The notes below the pieces were generated by a model. The model did no database searches and was not told where the DNA came from. It saw only the letters and a list, made by a program, of their open reading frames with translations. Both the position numbers and the translations under genes were made by a program. Below, one piece after another: positions 51,876-62,470 of a DNA stretch of 64,000 nt; position 1 is the stretch's first letter; every line of letters starts with the position of its first letter. Source of the DNA: Anaerohalosphaeraceae bacterium. Lineage in GTDB: Bacteria; Planctomycetota; Phycisphaerae; Sedimentisphaerales; Anaerohalosphaeraceae. The stretch lies in NCBI GenBank assembly GCA_963675525.2, contig CAXXSL010000011.1, forward strand, positions 256,001-320,000. Direction: 5' to 3'.

Positions 51876-52901
51876 ATGGCTAAAATAACGGAATATCTTG
51901 AGATCATTCTAGAAGGAAAGGACCTGACGTTCGATCAGTCTCGGCAACTGCTGGATATCATCTTTGAAGGTGACGTCGCCGAGGTCCAGATCGCTGCCTT
52001 TCTTGCGGCCATGCGAGTCAAAAAAGCCGCCATAACAGAGATCGCCGGATTGGCTTGCTCTCTCCGGGAACACGCCGTTCCCGTTAACGTGAACGCACGT
52101 CCGTTGATCGACACTTGCGGTACCGGCGGCGCAGCATTGAAAACATTTAATATCTCGACAGCGGCTGCTTTGGTCGCAGCCGGCGCCGGGGCCTATGTCG
52201 CCAAGCATGGCAACCGGGGAATCACCAGCCAATGCGGTTCGGCAGATGTATTAACGGCACTTGGCGTTAACATCTCACCGGGGCCGGAACGTGTCGCCGA
52301 ATGCATCGAAAAGGCCCATATTGGATTTATGTTTGCACCCAATTTTCACCCGGCGATGAAATATGTTCAGCCCATTCGCAAAAGTCTGGATTTCCGGACG
52401 GCTTTTAACATTCTTGGCCCTTTGGCTAATCCTGCAAAAGCCGACGCGCAGGTGTTGGGAGTGGCCGAAGAAGCTCTCATGTCCCGGATGATCGAAACGC
52501 TCAGATTGCTGGGGCTCAAGCGAGCCATGGTCGTTCACAGTAACGGGCTGGACGAAATCAGCACAATGGGGCCGACCAAAGTCATGCATCTTGAAAATGG
52601 TCAGGTCCGCTCCGAAGAACTGGACCCCACGCAATATGGAATTCGGATTGCTGATTTTACCGACTTAGCCGGCGGCGATGCACAAATGAATGCACAAATC
52701 ATTCTGGATATCCTGTCAGGAAAGGAAACCGGCCCCAAACGAGAAATTGTTATACTGAATGCCGCCGCCGCCATCATTGCGGCCGGACTTGCCGGAGACT
52801 TTGTCGAAGGAATTGAAAAGGCGGATGCCGCCATCACAGGCGGTCATGCAATGACGTGCCTGAAAACGTTGATTGAAATCAGTAACGCCTGTGATAAGTA
52901 A
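51876..52901 (+). CDS. trpD: Anthranilate phosphoribosyltransferase
   Basis: DTCGTGG, FNIST, AKHGNR, GSADVL, RTAFNILGPLANP, GLDEIS. Confidence 0.96.
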   Translation: MAKITEYLEIILEGKDLTFDQSRQLLDIIFEGDVAEVQIAAFLAAMRVKKAAITEIAGLACSLREHAVPVNVNARPLIDTCGTGGAALKTFNISTAAALVAAGAGAYVAKHGNRGITSQCGSADVLTALGVNISPGPERVAECIEKAHIGFMFAPNFHPAMKYVQPIRKSLDFRTAFNILGPLANPAKADAQVLGVAEEALMSRMIETLRLLGLKRAMVVHSNGLDEISTMGPTKVMHLENGQVRSEELDPTQYGIRIADFTDLAGGDAQMNAQIILDILSGKETGPKREIVILNAAAAIIAAGLAGDFVEGIEKADAAITGGHAMTCLKTLIEISNACDK

Positions 52902-52922
52902 AAGGATGAAACGAACACCTTC

Positions 52923-53561
52923 ATGTTAACAGTTAAGGTGAAAATTTGCGGAATTACGAACTATGAGGACGCCGCGGCTGCCTTTGAGATGGGAGCGGAT
53001 ATTCTCGGCTTTAATTTCTACCCCCAAAGCCCCCGTTATATTAAGCCGGAAAAGGCCTTCGAGATCATCGCAAAAGTGCCCGGTTTCCTGGACACCTGCG
53101 GTATCTTCGTGAATGCGAACCCCAAAGATGTTCACGAGGTGACGAATACCGGATTCGTGAACTGGGTCCAGTTCCACGGCGACGAATCACCGGCTTACTG
53201 TGAACAGTTCCGTACATGGAGTCTTCACAGCATCAAGGCAGTGCGCGTTCGGTCCGCCGAATCGATCCAGATAGCCGAACAATATCATACCTCAGCCCTT
53301 CTGTTCGACGCATTCAATCCGGAACTTTACGGCGGCACCGGAGAAACATTCGATTGGTCACTGGTCAGGAACAGCCCTTGCCGGATATTTCTGGCCGGCG
53401 GAATCACTCCGGACAACGTGCAGAAAGCAATTGAATGCCGCACGTATGCAATTGATGTTTGCAGCGGCATTGAATCCGAACCGGGAAAAAAAGATCATCA
53501 GAAAATGAAACTGCTTTTCGATAATATAAGAGACCATACTGGATTAAAGGCGAAAGCATGA
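52923..53561 (+). CDS. trpF: Phosphoribosylanthranilate isomerase
   Basis: [45 protein letters not shown]. Confidence 0.96.
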   Translation: MLTVKVKICGITNYEDAAAAFEMGADILGFNFYPQSPRYIKPEKAFEIIAKVPGFLDTCGIFVNANPKDVHEVTNTGFVNWVQFHGDESPAYCEQFRTWSLHSIKAVRVRSAESIQIAEQYHTSALLFDAFNPELYGGTGETFDWSLVRNSPCRIFLAGGITPDNVQKAIECRTYAIDVCSGIESEPGKKDHQKMKLLFDNIRDHTGLKAKA

Positions 53562-54733
53562 AATTAAAAGGACGATACGGTCAATTCGGCGGCTTTTATG
53601 TGCCCGAAGTGCTTATCCCCGCACTGGAAGAGATCGAAGCGGGATTTGAACGTTATCATAAAGATTCTGCGTTTGTAGCTGAACTGGATGATTTATACCG
53701 CAACTATGCGGGCCGGCCTACCCCCCTGTACCACGCGAAACGATTCAGTGAACACGTTGGGTTTCAGGTCTATGTCAAACGGGAAGACCTGCTGCACGGC
53801 GGGGCCCACAAGGTTAACAATGCACTCGGACAGGGATTGCTGGCCAAATACATGGGCAAAGAAAAACTCATCGCCGAAACCGGGGCCGGGCAGCACGGTC
53901 TGGCAACCTCAATGATCGGCGCACTGTTCGGCATGGAAACAAAAATATTCATGGGATCAATCGACGTAGCCCGCCAAAACGTGAATGTTCACAAAATGAA
54001 ATTGTGCGGTGCTGAAGTGGTCTCGGTTTCCGGCGGGACCTGCACGTTAAAAGACGCCATCAATGACGCCCTTCGCTATTGGACGTCGCATGTTGACGAT
54101 ACGTTCTACCTGTTCGGCACAGCCGGCGGCCCGCATCCGTTTCCGATGATCGTACGGCACTTTCAGTCGCCGATCGGGACCGAGGCCCGGCAGCAATGTC
54201 TGGATACTTTCGGAAAACTCCCGGACAGAGTCGTGGCCTGCGTGGGTGGCGGTTCCAACGCGATTGGCATCTTTTCGGGATTCATTGAAGATCCCGATGT
54301 CAAGCTGGTGGGCGTTGAAGGCGGAGGTAAGGGCCTGGACACACATGAACACTGCGCGACATTAGTCAAAGGGACAGAAGGCATTTTACACGGTGCCCAG
54401 ACACTGGTTCTTCAGGATGAAAACGGGCAGATCCATGAAACCGAATGTATCTCCGCCGGACTGGACTATCCCGGAGTCGGGCCTGAACATGCCTATCTCA
54501 AAGAGAGCGGACGAGCCGACTATTTTGCGGTAACGGACGAAGAAGTACTGGATGTCTTTGAATTATTCACACGATCCGAAGGCATTATCCCGGCACTGGA
54601 AAGTTCACACGCCCTTGCGTGGCTGATGACTCAAAAAGGCAACATACCGAAAGATGGCATCGTCGTCGTAAATCTTTCCGGCCGGGGAGATAAAGACGTC
54701 TCCATTGTAGAACAGCATCGACCAATGATGTAA
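53558..54733 (+). CDS. trpB: Tryptophan synthase beta chain
   Basis: [56 protein letters not shown]. Confidence 0.97.
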   Translation: MKLKGRYGQFGGFYVPEVLIPALEEIEAGFERYHKDSAFVAELDDLYRNYAGRPTPLYHAKRFSEHVGFQVYVKREDLLHGGAHKVNNALGQGLLAKYMGKEKLIAETGAGQHGLATSMIGALFGMETKIFMGSIDVARQNVNVHKMKLCGAEVVSVSGGTCTLKDAINDALRYWTSHVDDTFYLFGTAGGPHPFPMIVRHFQSPIGTEARQQCLDTFGKLPDRVVACVGGGSNAIGIFSGFIEDPDVKLVGVEGGGKGLDTHEHCATLVKGTEGILHGAQTLVLQDENGQIHETECISAGLDYPGVGPEHAYLKESGRADYFAVTDEEVLDVFELFTRSEGIIPALESSHALAWLMTQKGNIPKDGIVVVNLSGRGDKDVSIVEQHRPMM

Positions 54734-54800
54734 TGAGCGAGTAAAAATCGAATTTAAAAATAAGCATTCAGCCTTTGGCTGAACTAACTCAGGAACCACT

Positions 54801-55601
54801 ATGGGAAAATATCAGGATGTATTTAAGAACCTAAATCGGGCCGCGTTAATTCCTTTTTTTGTGATCGGGGATCCGGACGAACAAACGAGTTTCGAACTGG
54901 TTAAGACCGCCATTGATGCCGGGGCGGATGTCCTCGAACTGGGGATTCCCTTTTCAGACCCCGTCGCTGACGGACCGACGATTCAAAAAGCGGACATTCG
55001 CGCCATGCAGTCCGGTATGACACCCGCCAAAGCCCTGGCTTTTATCAAACGCGTCACGGATTACCTCCCCATCCCCATTGGACTGCTGGTTTACTATAAC
55101 CTGATTTTTCAATACGGTGTCGAAAAATTCTTTACCGACTTCAAAGCAGCCGGCGGCACCAGCGTCCTTGTAGCCGACTTGAGCATCGATGATGCCGAAG
55201 AGATCGCACCGGCAGCACAGGCGGCCGGTCTTGAAACCGTCTTTATGGTCACACCCAATACTGCCGAAGAGAGAATCGAAAAAATTGCCGCTCATACCAC
55301 AGGTTTTATCTATACCGTCTCCCTGATGGGAACAACCGGGGAGCGAACGGGGCTGTCGGACCTGGTCAAACCGTTAATTGAAAGACTCAAAAAACACACC
55401 GACAAGCCGATCTGTGTCGGCTTTGGGATCAGTTCGGCCGAACACGCCCGCCACGTCGCCGAAGCCGGCGCTGACGGGGTCATTATCGGCAGCCGCATCG
55501 TCAAATTCATCGAGGACAATCCGGATGACCCTGAAAAAATGAAACACCTGCTCAAATTATTTATGACCGATGTCATTCAGGCTTTGACGGCTTCAAGATA
55601 A
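54801..55601 (+). CDS. trpA: Tryptophan synthase alpha chain
   Basis: ELGIPFSDPVADGPTIQ, VGFGIS, ADGVIIGS. Confidence 0.97.
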   Translation: MGKYQDVFKNLNRAALIPFFVIGDPDEQTSFELVKTAIDAGADVLELGIPFSDPVADGPTIQKADIRAMQSGMTPAKALAFIKRVTDYLPIPIGLLVYYNLIFQYGVEKFFTDFKAAGGTSVLVADLSIDDAEEIAPAAQAAGLETVFMVTPNTAEERIEKIAAHTTGFIYTVSLMGTTGERTGLSDLVKPLIERLKKHTDKPICVGFGISSAEHARHVAEAGADGVIIGSRIVKFIEDNPDDPEKMKHLLKLFMTDVIQALTASR

Positions 55602-55844
55602 AATGCCCTTCTGTCCCATAAGAAAATCGAATTCTTTATTAGGCAGGGATCTTTCTGCAATTTTTTTCATACCCCGGAAATTGACTCAATTTTGACGACC
55701 CTTGCTGACGACCTTTATTGTCAGCAAGACACCGCTGTTCGACAAACGGTAAGGATACACTCAAATTACAGGCATGGACGCCGATTCATTAATGCGGAAT
55801 GCGCATTATAAGACAATCATCTGTAATTTTAGGAGTGCATCCAA

Positions 55845-56246
55845 ATGACGACATGTGTCGAACAAACTCAAAAAAAGCAACTCAACCATCCATCATCCCC
55901 TGACAACCATCCTGCAAGTCCTGCTACTACCTTTTTTTACGGACTGGATTTGAAGTCAAATCGCTTCTTACACGTCAGTTCCAACATTACGGCCGTTTTT
56001 GGATATACAAAAGAGGAATTTATCCAAAACGGATTAAGCTGGTTTGTTGAACAGATTCACCCTTATGACTTGAAAAAGCTCGATTGTCTTTCCAAACAAC
56101 ACCCCCATTGCCCTGTGGTGCCATATATCTTTTATCGCCTTAAAGTTAAAAACGGCAACTATTGCCTATTTAAAGAAATTCGGTGTCTTCTTTATGGTGC
56201 CCAAGGGGAGCCTTCTTTCTTAATCAGCCGTGTTGAAATGGCCTGA
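55845..56246 (+). CDS. Stand-alone PAS-domain protein
   Basis: FLHVSSNITAVFGYTKEEF...QIHPYD...YRLKVKNGNY pattern; AGGAG RBS. Confidence 0.75.
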   Translation: MTTCVEQTQKKQLNHPSSPDNHPASPATTFFYGLDLKSNRFLHVSSNITAVFGYTKEEFIQNGLSWFVEQIHPYDLKKLDCLSKQHPHCPVVPYIFYRLKVKNGNYCLFKEIRCLLYGAQGEPSFLISRVEMA

Positions 56247-56585
56247 ACAAACATCTAAATGCATCTTATCATGTTTCAGTACAATTACTGATTTCTGTTA
56301 TAATAACAGTGAGGTGGTTTTTCCAAAAAAATTAGTTTTTTTGACTTGTATTCATGGATAATAAGGGTATAATGCACTTCGTTGTCTTGAATGTGAAAGT
56401 TTGGAGCTTGATAAAAATCGGTAAATATATGTATTTCATTCGCGACACAACCGCTTTCGTCTGGCAAGACTTAACACTTCAAATGAATAACGATTGTCCG
56501 TCCTCGCTGAGTTATTTTTAACTAAGTCTAAGTAGGCCATTCTGCAAATGGTGTGTTTGTAAGGTCTTAAAAGAAAGAGCTGACA

Positions 56586-58133
56586 ATGGACGTAAAAGTA
56601 AACGATTATTTTACAATTCTAATCGCTGAAGACAACGTCGAACTAGGCATACTGATCGGGCGAAAGTTAATTAATGCCGGATTTTCTGTTAAGCGAACAC
56701 TCTGTGCTACAGAGACACTTGAAAAATGCTCTATGCTTTCCGACCAAAAAACGCTACTCCTGCTGGATTATCAGCTCGGTGATATGACCGCCAAAGACGT
56801 AATCGTCAAGCTTAAAAAACAGTCCCGCCAGTTCTCCTTTGTTGTGATGACCGGTTATGGAGATGAACAGGTCGCCGTGGATATGATGAAGCTTGGCGCC
56901 GATGATTACCTGATTAAAAACGATCAGTTTCTTGATCTGTTGGTTCCGGTTATTTCACAAACCCTCGAGAGAAAACGTATTCAATTGTCACTGGCTCAGA
57001 CGCAAAAGGCACTGGATGTTGCACATCAGGCTATTATGGCAACCGAGAACGGCGTTGTTATCGCCGAAGTTCATGAAACCGATTGCCCCATTGTTTATTA
57101 TAATCCGGCTTTTGAACATATCACCGGATATCACTGCTCATCCCGGCCGACCCTTCAGGAATGGATCAATTCCTATGATATCCGGAACCAGGCAGAACTT
57201 GAAAAATTGCATCAGGCCCTGCAGGCACACAACTCCGTTCGTGTTCAATTGCATGACAATCATAACCACTCTCTTAATTGCCATGAGATCAGCCTCACAT
57301 TCATCCAAAAACCTTCCCAGATGGGAGGAACTTTTATCGGTCTGATAACCGACACAACGGAAAAACATCTAAATGAAAGAAAAATTCATGAGTTGCGAGA
57401 GCAACTTGATCAGTCACAGCGTCAAGCCATTGCCGGTGAAATCACAAAAGAACTGGCCCATGAAATCGGTCATCCACTGACACAGATTTCCAGCAGGATC
57501 CAGTTTTTGATCGCCAAAAAAGATGGTGATCAAAATTCTCTTTCTCCGATTCTCCAGCATATCGATCAAATCAGCAATCTGCTGCGACGTTATTCCAGTA
57601 AGAACCGTGAATATTTGTCTCCGGAGTTTGTCTCTGTCAACACACTGATACAATCCCTCCTGACTGTCTGCCCCTGTCATAAAGACATTTCAATTATTGT
57701 CGACATCCCCAATGACATGCCGGAAATCTTCGCCGATAAAGCCCAAGTCATCCAGATCCTCATCAATCTCCTGATTAATGCTGTCGAAGCCTGTGACATC
57801 AATGGAAAAATTGTTCTTTCTGCCCGCATTCATAATAATCAAAACACGGACAAACACTATGCCGCGATTTCCGTAGCAAACACCGGACCGGGCATTGCTC
57901 CGGAGCATCTTTCGAAAGTATTCGATCCTTTTTTCAGCACAAAATCTATTTCTCGAAACCGGGGCCTTGGACTTTCCATTTGCCAGAACATCGCACATCG
58001 GCATGGAGGCTGGATTGAGGTTCATTGCCCATCCAGGGAAACTTGTTTTACGCTCATGCTGCCGCTTGAGCCGGTTCCGCTGGGGCATCGTTTGCCGGAA
58101 CACTTTAACAGTGAAAATACACAGATCGGATAA
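56586..58133 (+). CDS. Hybrid sensor kinase REC-PAS-HisKA-HATPase
   Basis: REC (IAEDN, LLDYQL, MTG, YLIK), PAS (YYNPAFEHITGY), H-box LAHEIGHPL, QILINLLINA, NTGPGI, FDPFFSTK, GLGLSI. Confidence 0.92.
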   Translation: MDVKVNDYFTILIAEDNVELGILIGRKLINAGFSVKRTLCATETLEKCSMLSDQKTLLLLDYQLGDMTAKDVIVKLKKQSRQFSFVVMTGYGDEQVAVDMMKLGADDYLIKNDQFLDLLVPVISQTLERKRIQLSLAQTQKALDVAHQAIMATENGVVIAEVHETDCPIVYYNPAFEHITGYHCSSRPTLQEWINSYDIRNQAELEKLHQALQAHNSVRVQLHDNHNHSLNCHEISLTFIQKPSQMGGTFIGLITDTTEKHLNERKIHELREQLDQSQRQAIAGEITKELAHEIGHPLTQISSRIQFLIAKKDGDQNSLSPILQHIDQISNLLRRYSSKNREYLSPEFVSVNTLIQSLLTVCPCHKDISIIVDIPNDMPEIFADKAQVIQILINLLINAVEACDINGKIVLSARIHNNQNTDKHYAAISVANTGPGIAPEHLSKVFDPFFSTKSISRNRGLGLSICQNIAHRHGGWIEVHCPSRETCFTLMLPLEPVPLGHRLPEHFNSENTQIG

Positions 58134-58136
58134 CGT

Positions 58137-59570
58137 ATGGATACCATTCTTGTAATTGATGACGATGCGGGAATGCGAGATCTCTTAACGGAACTGTTAA
58201 GGAATCCGGATCGTTCGATTTTAAAAACGAGATTCGGCGATTCGGGGACTGGAAATCCTGCTGAATGAAGATGTCGATTTGGTCCTGACCGATATTCATA
58301 TGCCGGATATTAACGGAATCGAATTTATTAAAAGAGCCCAGAAAGCCAATATTACCGCTCCGATTATTACGATCACCGCTTATGCTTCGACCGACACGGC
58401 TGTTCAGGCCCTGCGGGCGGGTGCCTATGACTACCTGTCCAAACCGTTTGCACATGAAGAACTGTTGAAAATTGTTGAAAACAGTCTCCAAGCCCGACAT
58501 CTGTTTCAGGAGGTGACATATCTTCGCGGCAAACTTGACAAGAAGTACCGCCTCGAAAATATGATTGGTCAATGCAGAGAATATGCAGCGGGTCTTCGAG
58601 ATTATTGAGCGCATCAGTGACTCGGATTGCAATGTCCTGATCACCGGTGCCAGTGGAACCGGCAAAGAACTGGTCGCCCGGGCCATCCATAATACCAGTG
58701 CCAGAAAGAACAACCCATTTGTACCTATTAACTGTGCCGCAATACCTGAAAATCTTCTCGAAAGCGAATTATTTGGCCACACAAAAGGAGCCTTTACCGG
58801 GGCAATTAACAAAAAATCCGGTCTGATCGAAATCGCTCATTCAGGAACATTGTTCCTGGATGAAATCGGAGATATGCCGCTGTCACTTCAGGCGAAACTG
58901 CTGCGGGTCATACAAGACCACAATGTTCAAAAAGTCGGAAGTACCACAATGAATTCCATCGATTGTCCGTATCATTGCCGCAACCAATCAGGACCTCAAA
59001 GAAAAGATCAGCAGGTATTTGTTTCGAAAAGATCTTTATTACCGTCTTGACGTGGTCGGAGTCAATCTTCCCTCTCTTTCTCGAAGAGGTAATGACATTA
59101 TCCTGTTAGCCAGTCATTTCCTTAAACAACACAGCCAGCGACTAGGTAAGACAATTCAGGGATTTTCACAGGCGGCTCACAAAGCAATCGAGACCTATTC
59201 CTGGCCGGGGAATGTCCGGGAGCTTGAAAATGCCGTGGAACACGCAATCACGTTATGCCGCACCCAGAGAATCGATCTCTGCGATCTGCCTCGCAGCATT
59301 CAGGATGATTTGGAATCCGTTGATCTTTCAACCGGCACGCTCCAGAAACAAGTCTTGCATTATGAATATCAAAGCATTCAGAAAGCCCTTGAAAAGTATA
59401 ATGGCGACTTTCATCTGGCCTCAGAAAAACTTGGTATTAGTCTGGCAACTTTGTATCGAAAAATAAACAGGTATAAACGAACGTTAACCAAAATAAAAAT
59501 TACTGATATCACAAATTCCGACACAAAAATTAGTCCCCAGCCTCAATTATTCGATATCAGGAATTATTAA
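58137..59570 (+). CDS. NtrC-family sigma54 response regulator, split by three +1 frameshifts
   Basis: [78 protein letters not shown]; breaks at ~58225, ~58582 and ~58964. Confidence 0.9.
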
Positions 59571-59780
59571 TACCCTGTCCTGAGATGCGGTATTCCCACT
59601 TTTTTCTCAAAAATGCAACGGCTTTGTCACATCTGCACAAAGCTGAACTTCGCATGATTATGATTCCACGAAAAAACCCCGAGACCTCCAGCCGGCAACT
59701 TACACCTAACATATCTTAAAAAAAGAAGTTATGTAATCTTTCGTGAAATTATTTCCGTGTTTTTTGTTTTATTGACTCTT

Positions 59781-59795
59781 TGGCACCGGCTTTGC
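59781..59795 (+). promoter_or_regulatory. sigma54 -24/-12 promoter
   Basis: TGGCAC-cggct-TTGC, a consensus match 45 nt upstream of the 59840 start. Confidence 0.85.
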
Positions 59796-59839
59796 GACAT
59801 ATATCCAAGGCTATTTAAAATCAGAAAAGGAGTTAAACG

Positions 59840-60097
59840 ATGAAAACAAAATCCCCAATTCAAAAATCACTAACCTATGACACGCTGCTCGCCGAATATC
59901 TGCCGGTCATTCGCCGAGCGGCCTGTTCCCTGGCCAGCCAGCAAAAGAGCAACAATCTGGAAACTCTTCTTTGGGCGGGTTTTCAAGGACTAAAAAATGC
60001 ATTTGATCGGTTTCCCGGCGAGCCCGTAAACGCCGAGCGGGATTATATCTTGAAAATGATCCATTCTTCAATGCTTCAGTTATTCAGGGAAAATTAA
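59840..60097 (+). CDS. Small protein resembling sigma region 2 only
   Basis: AAGGAG RBS; LLAEYLPVIRRAACSL...LETLLWAGFQGLKNAFDRF parallels IIEQYLPLIKKIACSV...YDDLVTAGVLGLMQSIDNY of the next gene. Confidence 0.6.
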   Translation: MKTKSPIQKSLTYDTLLAEYLPVIRRAACSLASQQKSNNLETLLWAGFQGLKNAFDRFPGEPVNAERDYILKMIHSSMLQLFREN

Positions 60098-60123
60098 CGT
60101 TTTTTATTTTGAAGGAGAAAGCA

Positions 60124-60921
60124 ATGCAATTATTAGAAAATTCAAACACCTCCCAAAAAACACCGGAATCAACTTCTCAACAGAATCATCCCAGTTATCA
60201 AAAGCGTAACCAGATCATCGAGCAATACCTTCCGTTGATTAAGAAAATCGCCTGCAGTGTCATACGAAATCATTGTCAATCATTGGATTACGATGATCTG
60301 GTGACGGCTGGCGTACTGGGATTAATGCAGTCCATTGACAATTACGATACCAGTCATGAAGTCAGTTTTGCAGGCTATTGCAAACTTCGTGTTCGCGGTG
60401 CAATGTATGATGAACTTCGAAGTCTGGACTGGGTCCCGCGTCATATCCGAAAAGAACAAAAGAACCTTGAACAAACCAAGCAGCAACTGCAGGCACAACT
60501 GGATCGGTCTCCCGGTTTATCGGAAATCGCTGAACAGATGCAAATCCCGTTAAAAACCCTCCATCGCTATGAGAATAACCAGGCTTCTTTAAAAACCATC
60601 TCGCTCTTCCATATGAATAATTGCGAGCAAGACGAAAGTAACCCCGGTGACTTTCTACCCGACCCAAAAAGCATTGAGCCGAATCGGGCCGAGCAACATC
60701 GGGAAACGCTGCTTGAAATGATAAAAGGACTGAATAAGACCGAGACAATTGTCATGATTCTCTACTATCAGGAAGAGTTGACAATGCAACAGATCGGAAC
60801 GCTTATGGGAATCTCAGAATCAAGAATCTGTCAGATTCATAAGCAGACCATTAAGCATCTTAAGTTAAAACTAATAAAGCAGAATAAAACACCCGAAACC
60901 CGTTTGCGCATGCCCGCCTGA
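60124..60921 (+). CDS. FliA/WhiG-family (sigma28-like) sigma factor
   Basis: DDLVTAGVLGL, RVRGAMYDELRSLDWVPR, LYYQEELTMQQIGTLMGISESRICQIH. Confidence 0.93.
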   Translation: MQLLENSNTSQKTPESTSQQNHPSYQKRNQIIEQYLPLIKKIACSVIRNHCQSLDYDDLVTAGVLGLMQSIDNYDTSHEVSFAGYCKLRVRGAMYDELRSLDWVPRHIRKEQKNLEQTKQQLQAQLDRSPGLSEIAEQMQIPLKTLHRYENNQASLKTISLFHMNNCEQDESNPGDFLPDPKSIEPNRAEQHRETLLEMIKGLNKTETIVMILYYQEELTMQQIGTLMGISESRICQIHKQTIKHLKLKLIKQNKTPETRLRMPA

Positions 60922-60929
60922 GGGATTTC

Positions 60930-61277
60930 CTATGCATTGACGGGTTCTTCTTTTTCGGCCTTGCGGAAAGATTCCAAAGACTTGGGATCAGCGACTTTTC
61001 GGTATCCCAGTGCCTTGATAATTTCCAGCACTTCGGTCCATGTGGGAAATGGGCGCTGATTGGATTTCTTATACTGATCGATTGCCATCAGAAATTCGAA
61101 CTGTTCATCGTTCATTTCGCCTTCTTCGGCCGCACGGCGTTCCGGTGTTCTGCGGTGTCCCGGGCCTCGACGGCGATCCAACCCCACCCGGCGGTCAACA
61201 ACACTTTTTCGGCGTTCGACAAATGTTCTTTTTTCTTCTGTATTTACGTCTGTCTGCTCTGCTTTTTCTTTAGCCAT
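60930..61277 (-). CDS. Hypothetical protein with tandem (D/E/H)RR motifs
   Basis: ERRKSVVDRRVGLDRRRGPGHRRTPERRAAEEGEM...QRPFPTWTEVLE. Confidence 0.7.
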   Translation of the reverse strand: MAKEKAEQTDVNTEEKRTFVERRKSVVDRRVGLDRRRGPGHRRTPERRAAEEGEMNDEQFEFLMAIDQYKKSNQRPFPTWTEVLEIIKALGYRKVADPKSLESFRKAEKEEPVNA

Positions 61278-61312
61278 AACATCACACCTGCCAAGAGGAT
61301 TTTATCGTTCGT

Positions 61313-61654
61313 TTAAAAGACATCATCATCGTCGTCATACGAATCTTCATATTCATTAGGCTCTTCCGATAACGTATCGTCACGAAACGTCATATCAAAG
61401 AAATCATCGTATGAAGACTGCTCAGAAATCAGCGTGTGGGCTTCGTCCAGAAGTAATTCCGGAACAAGAATCGCGATATCCGAAAACCCATTCTGAGCCA
61501 TTTCCGGCTGTCGTTTAATGGCCACCGGTATTTCATGCTCAGCCAGCATTTGTTTGTATTGTTTGGCCAGATCCATATCTTCCGCAAACGCAACCGTCAC
61601 GAAATCTTTAGCCACAAATGTACTGTTTGATTCTTTTTTGCTTTTCTTCGGCAT
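61313..61654 (-). CDS. DUF2007-like protein with acidic tail
   Basis: FVTVAFAEDMDLAKQYKQMLAEHEIPV...IAILVPELLLDEAH. Confidence 0.6.
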   Translation of the reverse strand: MPKKSKKESNSTFVAKDFVTVAFAEDMDLAKQYKQMLAEHEIPVAIKRQPEMAQNGFSDIAILVPELLLDEAHTLISEQSSYDDFFDMTFRDDTLSEEPNEYEDSYDDDDDVF

Positions 61655-61958
61655 CCTGACAACTCCAAATTGAGAATCAATTTCCCACAAACAACGTGGT
61701 TTTCACATCGACCAACATCACAAGGGAATTAACGCGAAAGAACCTTAAAAAACAAAAAACCTAAAAATCAAACGAAATAGATACCTCTAAAGTGCAGAAT
61801 TTTCAGGTTATAGGCTTTGTGAGTGCAAAATTTTGCTTTTTTTGAGGATTTTTTTATTGCAAATGCATTGAAACCCTACCAAAATACAATCAAATGTGCT
61901 TTGGGGCTTTCGTAAAGCCACTATTATTGGAACTACAATTTTTACATGGAGGTGCCAC

Positions 61959-62183
61959 ATGGCAAAGAAAAAAGCAGCAAAGAAAAAAGCAGCAAAGAAA
62001 GGCAGCAAGAAGGAAGTGCTGGTCGTTGCCAGCAAAGTCAAGGCGTATGTTAAGAGCAAAGGGATGATGAGTTCTTCTGATGCAATCGCTGCTCTCAATG
62101 ACAGCGTTTATGCTCTGCTGGATGCGGCCATTAATCGCACGAAAAATAACCGCCGCAGCACCGTGAAGCCTCAGGACCTGTAA
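61959..62183 (+). CDS. Bacterial histone-fold protein (Bd0055-like) with Lys-rich N-terminal tail
   Basis: GGAGGT RBS; MAKKKAAKKKAAKKGSKK then EVLVVASKVKAYVK...RTKNNRRSTVKPQDL with the R-x-T-V-x3-D RD clamp. Confidence 0.88.
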   Translation: MAKKKAAKKKAAKKGSKKEVLVVASKVKAYVKSKGMMSSSDAIAALNDSVYALLDAAINRTKNNRRSTVKPQDL

Positions 62184-62224
62184 GACAAGTCCTCCGCCAT
62201 TCACGACGGCAAAAAGTGCATTTA

Positions 62225-62258
62225 GGACCGCCTTCCGGTAAAGGAGGTGGTCTTTTTT
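62225..62258 (+). terminator. Intrinsic terminator of the histone gene
   Basis: ggaccgccttcc-ggtaaa-ggaggtggtct followed by a T-tract. Confidence 0.8.
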
Positions 62259-62470
62259 ATCAAAATTATCGATATTTCCTCTGTATTTATCCTTGCATGA
62301 AAGCAATGATCTGCTTTATAATTATTTCTTTAAAGTTTTCTGTAGACGGCTCGGTAGAGTATTTTTATAATTGGTAACTGAAAAAGAGATTGATTTTTCA
62401 AGCCGAAAGACAGTAAAATGGAATTTGACTGTTCGGAATACATGGGTTTTATACTGGTTGGGAGCTTACA

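Noticed and set aside
55701..55728. Inverted repeat cttgctgac/gtcagcaag after trpA
   Set aside because: No T-tract and only one occurrence; cannot tell terminator from operator.
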